The position numbers and the translations under genes are program-made. Of a DNA stretch of 64,000 bases, positions 26,994 to 37,354 are shown piece by piece. The stretch lies in assembly GCA_047967505.1 (NCBI GenBank), contig CM106538.1, one strand, 5' to 3'. The stretch is from Dipteris shenzhenensis (Eukaryota). Each line of letters begins with the position of its first letter. Position 1 is the stretch's first letter. The notes under the pieces are model-generated. The model was not told where the DNA came from. It ran no database searches and saw only the letters and a program-made list of their open reading frames with translations.

Positions 26994-28645
26994 CAGAAGG
27001 GAAAAACGACGGCAGAGAGCCTGGGTGCGGAGCTCCTCACTGCTCCTCTGAATCGCCTCGGCTGTCCAAGATGCCCAGCCACCCGGAGTGTCCTCTAGCT
27101 GCTGTCAAATCTCCGAAATGACCTGCTGCACCTCCTCCTCCTGTATCAGCCCATCTGGGATGTGAACCCCCCTTTGTGGGAACCCTCGACGGGGCTGCTC
27201 CAAATGAAGCACAATCGGCGAGTGGTCTAAGAGTTTAGTCCCTGCAAGATGCCCGTGGAACCACCTCTATGCATGGCCCAATCACCAAGGTAGAACCTAT
27301 TCAGCCTCTCAAGCAATCCATCATGCCGGCGCTTGCCAAAGGAGAAACTAAGATTGCCAGTCCTGGAGAACTCAGCCTACCTCTTGGGGTCCCTGCCGCA
27401 GACCGAAAAGATAAACTGCTCCCAAGTACTCTTCTCCGCCGCGGGCATCTCGGAGAAAGAAGCACCCCCTTGTTTGTCTTCTCCGAACTCAAGATTGTTG
27501 AAGTCCCCTTCAACAATCCACGAGTCTGGTCAAGTGCCTCCAGAAGGCTGGACACTGCTGTTTACAAGTTGGGGCATACATGTTCAGGATCTCAATCCTG
27601 GAATCCCCCGTCCGTAATCCCATCCAGAGTGCTTTGCTTGTAATGAGCTCCCCCTGGTCATACACCTCTAATGCAACCGTCTACGAGATTGAAATGAAGA
27701 CCCCTCCACTCCTTCCCATTGCAGGAGACCAGATCTCTGGGCCTCTCCCAGGAAGGAGGTGGCGTCTACGTTTGATGTCTGAGGCAAAAAACATATGCTC
27801 CTAAACCAAAAGGAATTCCATTGCCCTGCCAACCACTGCTCTCTGTAACTCTTGATGAAGTAACAAGTGCTCGGGTTGTTGACGTGCCCGATCGTGAAGT
27901 CCGTGCACGTTCCAACTCACCATGGTCCAACTCATGGGGAGGCGGGGGGTGTGGGAAACAAGGCCCTCCTATGCGAAGGAGCCTGCACTACAACCTCTGA
28001 CTTCTGTGACTTTGCCGGTGGTTTGGAGGGGGAGTAGTCCAAATCCACTCGGCATCAAACTAATGGTGTAACTGGCTCGATACCTACCTTAATGGCCTAC
28101 TGCATCAAGAAGGAGGCCTCGACTCCAAGCCTATCCACGCACTGCGGTAGCGTCCAATATGATGCTTGCTTAAGCTGAACCTCAGGACCTAGGCGAAGCA
28201 CACAAATAGTTGCTCCCAAGTCCCGTCTATCTGCAAAAAAACCCAACTGAAAAGTGGCGGGTCTTCCCATGGGAAACCCATAGCTCCCTCCCCTGCGGGC
28301 CTAGCTACTCGTCCATCAGGCTGAACATTTGCTGCCCCATCATCAGAGCAAACAACGTGGGGGCCCATTGCTCCTCCCCACTAGCTAAGAAATGAAACCC
28401 CCAGAAGGGACAAGTGCGAGAGCCATACACTCCTATGGAACCCCCTTTTTGGGGTTGTAAAATCAGGACTGACACCTCCAGAGCAAGCAGGTATGTGTTT
28501 GAACTTTGGAATCTCTAGGTAGTTCCACGGTCCTAGCCTCCAAAACTCTCTAGGCAGAGGATGACGAGGGCGGGGCTTCGGACCAGGAAGCTGAGAAAAG
28601 AGCCCCGATGACCTTGGCTGTGAGGAGGCAAAGTCGGGGCTAGGT
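23520..28645 (-). mobile_element. L1-type LINE, family B, with complete but degraded ORF2 (APE endonuclease-RT-zf) and ORF1 C-terminus; interrupted by the copia insertion (continues ~34539-34690)
   Basis: ORF2 starts MSWTMVSWNVHGL at 27935; GDFN endonuclease motif; WRPITLL, QTGFV, SIKQG..LAPFLF, YLG, GGLGIID; zf CYRC...ETIPHCLW; many stops and frameshifts. Confidence 0.9.
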
Positions 28646-28914
28646 TGTTGGAATTATAGATATAATTCAGCAGTGACCAATGTAATATAATAAGTTAGTT
28701 AGGGGCACTTTTCCCTCATTTAGAGGTTTTTCCCCCTAACTGCAGTTAGTTCACTAACTATGGTTAGTGACTACTAAGGTTTTGTCACTAGGACAAAACC
28801 TTATCCTACTCACTTTGTGTAGTACTCTTTTTACACTCTATTCTATTGCAACTACAGCTTCCAAGCTTTCGACTCTCTCACTCCCTCTAGCTCTCACTCT
28901 CTCCCTTTCCTTCA
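28646..28914 (+). repeat. 5' LTR of copia element
   Basis: TGTTGG...CCTTCA; identical to 34265-34533 except AGGGGC versus AGGAGC. Confidence 0.97.
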
Positions 28915-28990
28915 TTTGGTATCAGAGCAAGGTTCAAGAGCCCCGGGCTCCCTGCTCTATTCTGCTCCAACCTCTTCGTCCAGCTTCAGC

Positions 28991-29395
28991 CCGTACAATC
29001 GTACGGTATTCTGCTGTACATCGTGAAGGCCGTACAGTTCCGTGAAGTGCCGTACACCGTCGCCGTCGTACATACCTGCTCACCGTACATCGCCACCGTA
29101 CATCGTGAAGGCCGTACAGTTCCGTGAAGTGCCGTACACCGACGCCGTACAACTCCCGTACATCGACGCCGTACAGTATTTGTACCTGTTTTTCGTACAG
29201 GTTATCATTCCTGTATAGTCTACGTACCTGTCGACGTACCAGCCGTACAGTGCCGTACAAACTGTACGGCATTTCCGTACTGTCTTCAGTACAGTAAATC
29301 CGTACTGAATTTGCTTCAGTACAGCAGGTACCTTCTTGGCTTGGTTCCGTACTGAATCTGCTTCAGTACAGCAGGTACCTCCTTGGTTTTGTACA
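28991..29395 (+). promoter_or_regulatory. Dense (C)CGTAC(A) motif array in the copia 5' leader (candidate SBP/SPL binding sites)
   Basis: Hand count gives 29 GTAC, of which 20 are CGTAC, in ~405 bp. The array is certain; its regulatory function is inferred. Confidence 0.5.
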
Positions 29396-29885
29396 AGAGA
29401 ACTAGCAGGTGATCTTTGGCAGGCTAATTGTGCAGACAGCCATTGTTTGGCTAAGTATTCTGCGAGTACATTTGGGGCATTTTGCATATTGCAGACATTG
29501 CAATCATTGTGCAATTTTGGAGCTACATCTGGAGCAAAATTGCAGATCTAGTCTGAAATTTGGGGCTTTTGTATTAAAATTGCAGATTTGGGGCTTTTAG
29601 CATTTTTACCCCTTTCTGGCTGCAATTTCTAGCCACAAATTGGGGCTTTTGTGTTTGGAGAGCATTTTTTGGAGTATTCAGTACATACTGCCTTTCTTGG
29701 AGTGTTTGGAACACTTTTGGCAGATTTTGGAGAGTGTTTTATGCTTGGACAGATTTCTGACAGCTCAAGTGCAGAAATCTAAGTTGCATATACAGCCCGT
29801 GCTTGGCTGTGTTTTTTGGGAGTTGTGCATTTTATTCCCAGTAAGGGAATTCAGCTTTGTATCTGCTTCAATCTCTTTCTCAGAT

Positions 29886-32800
29886 ATGGCCCATCAAAAT
29901 CAGAATGAGTTCCAGTTCGGTGGTCTTTCACAGGAAGACAAATTGGATGGTACCAACTACTCCCTCTGGAGTTTCATGGTACGTAATATTCTGATTTCTC
30001 GCAATTTATGGGATTATGTCAATGGGGATGAAATCCGACCAGCAGATATTGCACCTGCTACCCCTCCTCAGCAAGGAGGTGGAAGAGGTCGTGCACAAGG
30101 TGCAGCTGCAGGTCAAGTTGTTGGTGCAGCTACAGTCAATACTCCTGAGCAAAAGAGATGGGATTCACGGGATGCCTTAGCCTTGTCATGCATCTCTCTT
30201 TCAGTGAAAAGATCAATCATTCCGCATATCCGGTCGTGTAAGACCTCCAGGGCAGCGTGGGATATTTTGGAAAGCATGTATGCAGCACGGAATGATGCCA
30301 GGGTATCTTTTTTAAAAAGAGAGTTGAGCAATACACATATGGAGGAGGGTGGCTCCATGTCAGCCCACCTCACTAAGCTACAGGATCTCAGAGAGCAGTT
30401 GTTAAACATAGATGAAATTATTCCTGATTCAGAGATGATTACAACCACTCTGAATTCTCTTCCTGAGTCTTATCTCAGCTTTCACACTTCGCTGAATTTA
30501 TCATTGAGGGGGGGTGCAAATCCTCTTTCTTTTCATGAGCTGATAGGACTTCTGCTTCAGGAAGAGCAGACCAGGAAAAATTTGGCTTCACGTGCAGGTG
30601 AACAAGCCATGCTCTCAAAATTTAAATCAAAAACAAAGGGACAGGCAAAGACAGCAGCAAATCAGCCTTCCAGTGGGTCAGGACAGCCTTCACAAAAGGC
30701 TAAAAGTGATGCAAGCAAGCCCAAAAAGAAGGGTTTTTGTCACTACTGCAAAAAGCCAGGTCATCACATAGCAGAATGCAGGAAAAGGATTGCAAAGGAA
30801 AAGAAAAACAGCTCAGGAATGGCTGTTTCAGATTCAGCCCCTTGTGCATCTGACAGTGGGGATGCTGCAGCCAACTTTGTTGGTCAAGATTATGCCTTTT
30901 TATCTTGCATTTCTGATTCTAGGTTGGCTGTTCCAGATACTCGGGATAGTACAGCTTCTTGCAGTGATGATACATATGCATTTTTGACTTGCAGTTTTGA
31001 CTCTCCTTCAGATGCATCTGCTTTCAGTGTTGATGAAACACTGAACACATGGTATTTTGACAGCGGTGCATCCAAGCACATCACTTCAAGGAAGTGTCTC
31101 TTTACTTCCTTGCATCCACCTCCTGTTGGTAAGAAAGTCACTTGTGCCAACAACTCCTCATATTCAGTACGTGGCACAGGAGAAGTTGAGCTCACTGCAA
31201 TTGATGGCTCAATTTTCAGACTTTCTGATGTCTTATATGTGCCTGGCATAACCAAAAATCTCCTTTCAGTGTCCACTCTTAACAGAGGGGGATTTCAGGT
31301 CATCTTTGAGGATGACAAATGTGCTGTCCGGGACAGGGAAGCTAACTATGCCTTAATGTTATCTGGTACTCTGCTGCGTGGACTTTTTCAGCTTGATATT
31401 TTTGAGAAAAGAGCAGCTCATGCTTTGGCAATTTCTACCCCTACAGTTGCCATGCAAAATGCAGAATTATGGCATGCCAGATATGGCCACATGCATTACA
31501 ACAGCTTAATGACACTTCAGAAATTTTCAATGGTTGATGCATTGCCACCTCTTGAGATACCTCCTCCACATGCCTGTGAAGGGTGCATTTTAGGTAAAAT
31601 GCATAGATTTCCCTTCAAAAAGGATGGTTCAGTTAAAGCTGTTCGCAAATTGCAGCTTATACACAGTGATGTCTGTGGTCCCATGAGGACTCCGTCATTG
31701 GGTGGTCATCTCTACTTTGTCACATTTATTGATGACTACTCCAATTTTACTTGGGTTTATGGGCTGAAAAAGAAATCTGAAGTCTTCACAGTGTTTAAAC
31801 ACTTTTCAGCCATGGTTGAAAATGAAACTGGGCTCAAGATACAGACATTACGCACGGATAGAGGTGGGGAATACCTATCTGTAGAATTTGATGCTTTCCT
31901 CAAACAAAAGGGTATTGTGCATCAGCTCACAGTCAGGCTGACCCCTCAGCAAAATGGCAAAGCTGAGAGGAAAAATAGAACCCTCATGGAGATGGACAGA
32001 TGTATGCTGAAGAGCAAACACATGCCTCATAAATTCTGGTTAGAGGGTTTGATGTGTGCCAATTACATTTTGAACAGGGCTCCCACTAAGGCTTTAAAAA
32101 CAAAAACTCCTTTTGAGGTCTGGAATGACAGGAAGCCTTCAGTGGATCACTTCCGAGTCTTTGGATGCCTTGCCTATGCACATGTGCCAGTTGAATTTAG
32201 GCACAAATTGTCAGATAAAGCCATCAAATGCATATTTGTTGGATACAGTACAGAAAGCAAGGGGTATCGTCTCTACAATCCTGCTACACGCAAAATCATT
32301 GTAAGTAGAGATGTGATATTTTCTGAAAATTCAGCTCACACTCAGGCTGATTTTCAAATGCCTTCACCTTCAGAAGATGTCTTTCAAGGGTTGCTACCCA
32401 TTGCTTTGGGTTCCCCTGCTGATTTTTCTGATCCAAATCAGAATTTACAGCAACCTTCAAATGCTTCAGTTCCGCCACAGGATGTCATGCCTCCTCCACA
32501 GGCAGTGGAACAAGCGGTGCAGCAAGAAATTGCAGACATACATGCAGCAAAAACAGTCCCAAACTGGCTGTTACAGACTCTCCGGGAGAGTAAACTTGAT
32601 GCTCCGTTACCTGGCAGGACTCGCAGTGCAGCAAGGCACATGGAAGGTGCTAATTCAGTGGAATCAGCATATGCAGGTACTCTCCTTGATGAAGAGGAGC
32701 CTGCCACATTTGAAGAGGCACAAGGTAATGTGCATTGGATGAATGCCATGCACGATGAGTTGCAGTCCATTGCAAAAAATCAGACTTGGGATGTTGTGGA

Positions 32801-34229
32801 CTTGCCACAGGGTAAACATGCTATTGGCACACGATGGGTATTTAAAGTCAAACGGAAGCCAGATGGCTCCATTAACAGATATAAAGCCAGGCTGGTTGCT
32901 AAAGCCTATGCTCAGAAAAAGGGCATAGATTATGAGGAGACTTTTGCTCCTACATCCCGGATGACTACCATCCGATCAGTAATTGCAATGGCTGCACATT
33001 TTGAGTGGAATGTTCATCAGTTGGACATCAAAACAGCCTTCTTAAATGGGGACTTGCTGGAAGAGGTGTATGTCAAACCACCTCCGGGTTTTGGAATTAC
33101 AGCAAATGCACTTCAAGTCTGCAAGCTTAATAAAGCTTTATATGGGCTGAAACAGGCCCCTCGTGCATGGTATGCCAAGATACATGCCTTTTTGACCAGC
33201 AAGGGGCTGCACAATAGTCCTACTGAGAGCACCCTCTACATCAAGATGGATAGGGGGGAAATATTAGTCATCCTTCTTTATGTTGATGACTTACTGCTCA
33301 CAGGGTCCAATGAAGGAAAAATTGCAGATTTCAAAGCTGATTTGCAGACCCACTTTGATATGTCAGATTTGGGGCTGCTTCATTTTTATTTGGGGATCCA
33401 GTTCTCTCATGAGAGACGTGGCACTGTTATGTCTCAGTCCAAGTATGTTCAGAAACTTTTGGACAGATTTAACATGCAAGAGTGTAAGCCCATATCTACT
33501 CCTATGGAACCGGGGCTGAAACTCACAATGCATGATGCAGGAGAATCAGTTGATGCCACACTTTACAGTCAAGCTGTTGGATGCCTCATATATCTCTGCA
33601 ATACTAGGCCTGATATTCAGTTTGCAGTATCTCAGGTGAGCAGGTACATGCACAGCCCCAAAACTATGCATTGGCAGGCAGTTAAGCGCATCTTCCGTTA
33701 TTTGCAAGGCACCAAGTCTTTTGGCTTACTATTTCCCAGGGGGGGTGACTTGCAGATGCATGCCTACAGTGATTCAGATTGGGCTGGTGATTATGACACT
33801 AGGCAGTCCACTAGTGGCAATTGTTTCTTTTTGGGAAAATCTTGCATTTCATGGCTGAGCAAGAAACAATCTACAGTGGCTACCTCATCATGTGAAGCTG
33901 AGTACAGGGCAGCTTTCACAGCAACAGTTGAATGTGTCTGGCTGAGACGTTTATTTGCTGATCTTCATCTGTCTTTGGAGGGTCCTTCTCCAATTCTCAC
34001 TGATAGTCAGAGTGCCATTGCAGTGGCAAAGAATCCAGTGTTTCATGCTCGCACGAAGCACATTGAGGTTCACTATCACTACGTCAGAGAGAAGTTGCAT
34101 GCAGGAGAGATCAGTATGATCTTTGTGTCCACACATGACAACGTTGCAGATATTTTCACCAAAGCGCTACCACGTGAGAAGTTTGAGGCATTTCGCAGTG
34201 CCCTGAACTTATATCCGTTTGGTGATTGA
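29886..34229 (+). CDS. Copia gag-pol polyprotein, uninterrupted, 1447 aa
   Basis: ATG at 29886 (MAHQNQNEF). Motifs: KLDGTNY, CHYCKKPGHHIAEC, WYFDSGASKH, HSDVCGP, RTDRGGEY, YVDD, SSCEAEY, TKHIEVHYH. No internal stops. Confidence 0.95.
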   Translation: MAHQNQNEFQFGGLSQEDKLDGTNYSLWSFMVRNILISRNLWDYVNGDEIRPADIAPATPPQQGGGRGRAQGAAAGQVVGAATVNTPEQKRWDSRDALALSCISLSVKRSIIPHIRSCKTSRAAWDILESMYAARNDARVSFLKRELSNTHMEEGGSMSAHLTKLQDLREQLLNIDEIIPDSEMITTTLNSLPESYLSFHTSLNLSLRGGANPLSFHELIGLLLQEEQTRKNLASRAGEQAMLSKFKSKTKGQAKTAANQPSSGSGQPSQKAKSDASKPKKKGFCHYCKKPGHHIAECRKRIAKEKKNSSGMAVSDSAPCASDSGDAAANFVGQDYAFLSCISDSRLAVPDTRDSTASCSDDTYAFLTCSFDSPSDASAFSVDETLNTWYFDSGASKHITSRKCLFTSLHPPPVGKKVTCANNSSYSVRGTGEVELTAIDGSIFRLSDVLYVPGITKNLLSVSTLNRGGFQVIFEDDKCAVRDREANYALMLSGTLLRGLFQLDIFEKRAAHALAISTPTVAMQNAELWHARYGHMHYNSLMTLQKFSMVDALPPLEIPPPHACEGCILGKMHRFPFKKDGSVKAVRKLQLIHSDVCGPMRTPSLGGHLYFVTFIDDYSNFTWVYGLKKKSEVFTVFKHFSAMVENETGLKIQTLRTDRGGEYLSVEFDAFLKQKGIVHQLTVRLTPQQNGKAERKNRTLMEMDRCMLKSKHMPHKFWLEGLMCANYILNRAPTKALKTKTPFEVWNDRKPSVDHFRVFGCLAYAHVPVEFRHKLSDKAIKCIFVGYSTESKGYRLYNPATRKIIVSRDVIFSENSAHTQADFQMPSPSEDVFQGLLPIALGSPADFSDPNQNLQQPSNASVPPQDVMPPPQAVEQAVQQEIADIHAAKTVPNWLLQTLRESKLDAPLPGRTRSAARHMEGANSVESAYAGTLLDEEEPATFEEAQGNVHWMNAMHDELQSIAKNQTWDVVDLPQGKHAIGTRWVFKVKRKPDGSINRYKARLVAKAYAQKKGIDYEETFAPTSRMTTIRSVIAMAAHFEWNVHQLDIKTAFLNGDLLEEVYVKPPPGFGITANALQVCKLNKALYGLKQAPRAWYAKIHAFLTSKGLHNSPTESTLYIKMDRGEILVILLYVDDLLLTGSNEGKIADFKADLQTHFDMSDLGLLHFYLGIQFSHERRGTVMSQSKYVQKLLDRFNMQECKPISTPMEPGLKLTMHDAGESVDATLYSQAVGCLIYLCNTRPDIQFAVSQVSRYMHSPKTMHWQAVKRIFRYLQGTKSFGLLFPRGGDLQMHAYSDSDWAGDYDTRQSTSGNCFFLGKSCISWLSKKQSTVATSSCEAEYRAAFTATVECVWLRRLFADLHLSLEGPSPILTDSQSAIAVAKNPVFHARTKHIEVHYHYVREKLHAGEISMIFVSTHDNVADIFTKALPREKFEAFRSALNLYPFGD

Positions 34230-34264
34230 TCAGCCTTGTACATGACATTGGCAGTGCAGGGGGG

Positions 34265-34533
34265 TGTTGGAATTATAGATATAATTCAGCAGTGACCAAT
34301 GTAATATAATAAGTTAGTTAGGAGCACTTTTCCCTCATTTAGAGGTTTTTCCCCCTAACTGCAGTTAGTTCACTAACTATGGTTAGTGACTACTAAGGTT
34401 TTGTCACTAGGACAAAACCTTATCCTACTCACTTTGTGTAGTACTCTTTTTACACTCTATTCTATTGCAACTACAGCTTCCAAGCTTTCGACTCTCTCAC
34501 TCCCTCTAGCTCTCACTCTCTCCCTTTCCTTCA
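34265..34533 (+). repeat. 3' LTR of copia element
   Basis: Follows the PPT and is followed by the TSD TAGGT. Confidence 0.97.
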
Positions 34534-34690
34534 TAGGTCGCGTCGAAGAGTGCTCAGGCACCCCCTTGCCCATATGCCGAGACGAGGAAGGGTGGGAGGT
34601 GGGGGGGGGGGGAGGCGGCTACTATAAGGGGACCCGGGGGGCAGCAGCCACACTCTGTCCCTACACCTCTCTCTCTCTCTCCTTTGCTCT

Positions 34691-34998
34691 TGTTGGAAGA
34701 CAAGCTCGCGTATGCTATCCCACAGATATGTTACGGATAGCTGGATATGCCTATCGGCACTATGATTGGTGTGTTAGTAGTCAGACCATGGTTCATGCCC
34801 ATGGTTAGTTCTTATTAGTCTAGTTAGGTCTTATCTTGTGGTTTCTTTTTAGAGTGTTCACTTGGTGGATGTACTGTCTTTTTCCTTCTAGTATGGAATA
34901 GACTGTGTGTTGGAGGCTGCTTGCCCTCCTGGTGTTCTTTGTCATACCTTGGTGTTCCCGCTTCTGCTACGCTATCTTCTTTGACATGGTATCAGAGC
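34691..34998 (+). mobile_element. Orphan LTR plus perfect tRNA-iMet PBS of another element
   Basis: ...TTTGACA ends at 34986 and is directly followed by TGGTATCAGAGC (34987-34998). TGTTGG at 34691 is a possible LTR start. No gag or pol recognised downstream. Confidence 0.55.
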
Positions 34999-35997
34999 AC
35001 TTCATTGCTTATGGGTGAGCTACTATGGTAGAGTGGTGTGTTGAGGCAGAACCCTGGTCATTTTTTAGGATAAGAGAGACGTGCTAAGCCTGTGTTGAAT
35101 TCCTGGCTTGTCCTCCCTTCTACAAGCAGTTTTTGGGAGAGCAACGGACCTGCACGCTATGCACACTGGGAGTGGTTGAGATAGAGGAACACTTTCTTTG
35201 CACTTGCCCAGCCTACTACAAGATCCGGGGAGGATACCACTGTCTCTATCAGGCCCACTATCACGATTGATCCACTTCCATAACCAGGTCTGCACTGGAC
35301 CCTATCTGCTTGAGATGCGCCAACACAAGGAGACCCTACTACGACAGATCAGAGAGCAGCAGGAGTCGATCACACCACAAGATGAAGAGGCTGATCACAC
35401 ATAGCGGTACGTCACAGATTTTTATGCATTCGACTCAGCTCCAGGACACAGTAGGGTGGAGGAGGAGCTAGCTGCTATGTGGGCAGTCTGGATTACCGAG
35501 AGAGGATTGTAGAGGCCATCCACGACAAAGAAAGTGCCTAGAGCACACTCGATTGAGGTTTGCCCCATCACAGCTTTCCTCAGAGGCAACCGCCCGAGAC
35601 GAGGGGTCAATCTAAACAAAGCTCACCGAGTTCAGAAATCAAGGAGACCACGCCCCCCCTTCCACACCGTAGCATGAGACAGCCAGACAGACTCAGATTC
35701 GAGACATTTTTACAGTTCATAGACGAGCCACCACAGTGCCGGGTTTCGATTTCTGAGTTTCGAATTCCAGTTTCAGTTCTCAGCCTGCTTCATGTAGCAG
35801 ATAGCACATGATATGATATGATATGATATATTTTTGTACTTCACTTTGCTTGAGCCATTGAGCTCATTTTTATTTCAGCACATTACTCAGCAAAGAGTCT
35901 TAGCGCGCCCTTTGCCTCAGCCCTTTGTGGCTTGTATGAGTTTTTCCCTTTTGGTGTCACTTTGTCCCAAGGGCTCGCCAGACATCCCGTGGACGTT

Positions 35998-36000
<3 letters not shown>

Positions 36001-36049
<49 letters not shown>

Positions 36050-36670
36050 TTGCCGCTCCGCTCAACTCCCTTCCTTGCTGCTGAGCCCCCTCCCTCGCCG
36101 CTCACCCCCCTCCCTCCCCGCTCAACCCCTCCTACTCCTACCCTCCCGCTCCTCTGCTCCTGCCCTCCCTCTCCTCCGCTTCTGCTCTCTCTCTCTCCTG
36201 CTCTTGCCCTCCGCTCCTGCTCCCGCCCTCCCGCTCCTACCCTCCGCTCAGCCCCCTCCCTCGCCGCTCAAACCCTCCCGCTCCTACCCTCCCGCTCCTC
36301 CGCTCCTACCCTCCCTCTCCTGCCCTCCCGCTCCTGCTCCCGCCCTCTCGCTCCTGCTCCCCGCCTGCAGCTCCTATTGCTGCTCCGTTGCCCCTCCACC
36401 CGCGCTGCTCCTCCTCCCTCCCGCACTCCTCCCTCCCGCGCTGCGCTACAGTCCCGCCTGCTGCTGTTGCTGCTGCTCCCGCCGTTGCAGCTCCGCCCAC
36501 GCCTAGGCCGTTAGGCCTCCCACCCGCTCCCTCCTTCACCTCTCCACCTCCCCACCTTTGGTTGCCTCTCTCTCTCCCGCCACGCTTCACAAACCCCCCC
36601 TCCAAGGTAGCTCCCTCCTTCGCCTCTCCACCTCCGGCTCCTCCGACTTCTTTACCTTCCTCGCCCTAGG
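36001..36670. repeat. (CT)n microsatellite followed by C-rich CTCCCGCTCCT-type low-complexity repeats
   Basis: (CT) tract at ~36002-36045 and repeated CTCCCGCTCCT(A/G)C units. Confidence 0.85.
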
Positions 36671-37354
36671 TGTGCTTCCTGCCATTGGGGGGGGGGAGCC
36701 TGTGCTTTCGCTCCCGATCGCACACTAAAACCTGCATCAAGGGGACACGAATCAATCCAAGGCAATGGGAAAAGCCAAGAAAGAGACAAATAAAGCCAAG
36801 AAAGTCGACAACAACAACAAAAAACAACAGACACAATTGAAACTTGAGGATGTGAACATGCGTGTGAACCGAAGTGGACTCGGGGTTGAAAGCAAAGCAA
36901 AGGCGGGGCCCACTTCAATCTCAGCTTCAGCCTCTATCTCTACTTCGACTTCAGCCCCCACTTCAGTTTTCTAGCCTCAACTCCCTCTATCTCTACTTCG
37001 ACTTCAGCCACCGCTTCACTCTCAGCTCCAGTTCTAGTCTCAGCTCCCTCTACATCCTCACTTTTGACTTCAGCTTTCACTTCAGCACTAGTTTCAGCTA
37101 CAGCTCCCACATCCCCAGCTACAGCTACAGCCACTATTAGTGACATACTTATGCCCGTGGCGCCGGTTGTTTCCTTCCCTTCCTCTCCTGTTACAGCTCT
37201 CGCACCACTTATGACACCTACTTCGGAGGTGTCATACACTGCTCTGCATTACGCTTCACTCTCCCCTCTCCCTCTCAGTCAGCCCATGCTCCCACATCCC
37301 ATTGGGACTACCTCATCCATTCCACTGTCATCTCCGTACCTCACCTAGTCACAG

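Larger units (their letters stand above)
28646..34533 (+). mobile_element. Full-length young Ty1/copia LTR retrotransposon
   Basis: LTRs 28646-28914 and 34265-34533 (269 bp, TG..CA, one mismatch); TSD TAGGT at 28641-28645 and 34534-34538; PBS TGGTATCAGAGC at 28917-28928; PPT AGGGGGG ending 34264. Confidence 0.98.

Noticed and set aside
28767-29045. Hydrophobic ORF in the LTR (also at 34386), env- or membrane-like
   Set aside because: GTG start; an artefact of CT-rich LTR sequence; the LTR of copy 2 has indels in this region.
28990-29400. CRISPR-like repeat/spacer appearance of the CGTAC array
   Set aside because: The repeats are 5-7 bp with irregular short spacers, in a eukaryotic retroelement, with no cas genes.
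29640-29885. 82-aa N-terminal extension of the 1529-aa ORF
   Set aside because: It starts at TTG in the leader and is not preserved in frame in copy 2 (indel near 63695). Gag homology begins at ATG 29886.
35834-36669. Pro/Leu-rich ORFs resembling extensin-like proteins
   Set aside because: They arise in several frames from (CT)n and C-rich low-complexity DNA, with no signal peptide or splice structure.
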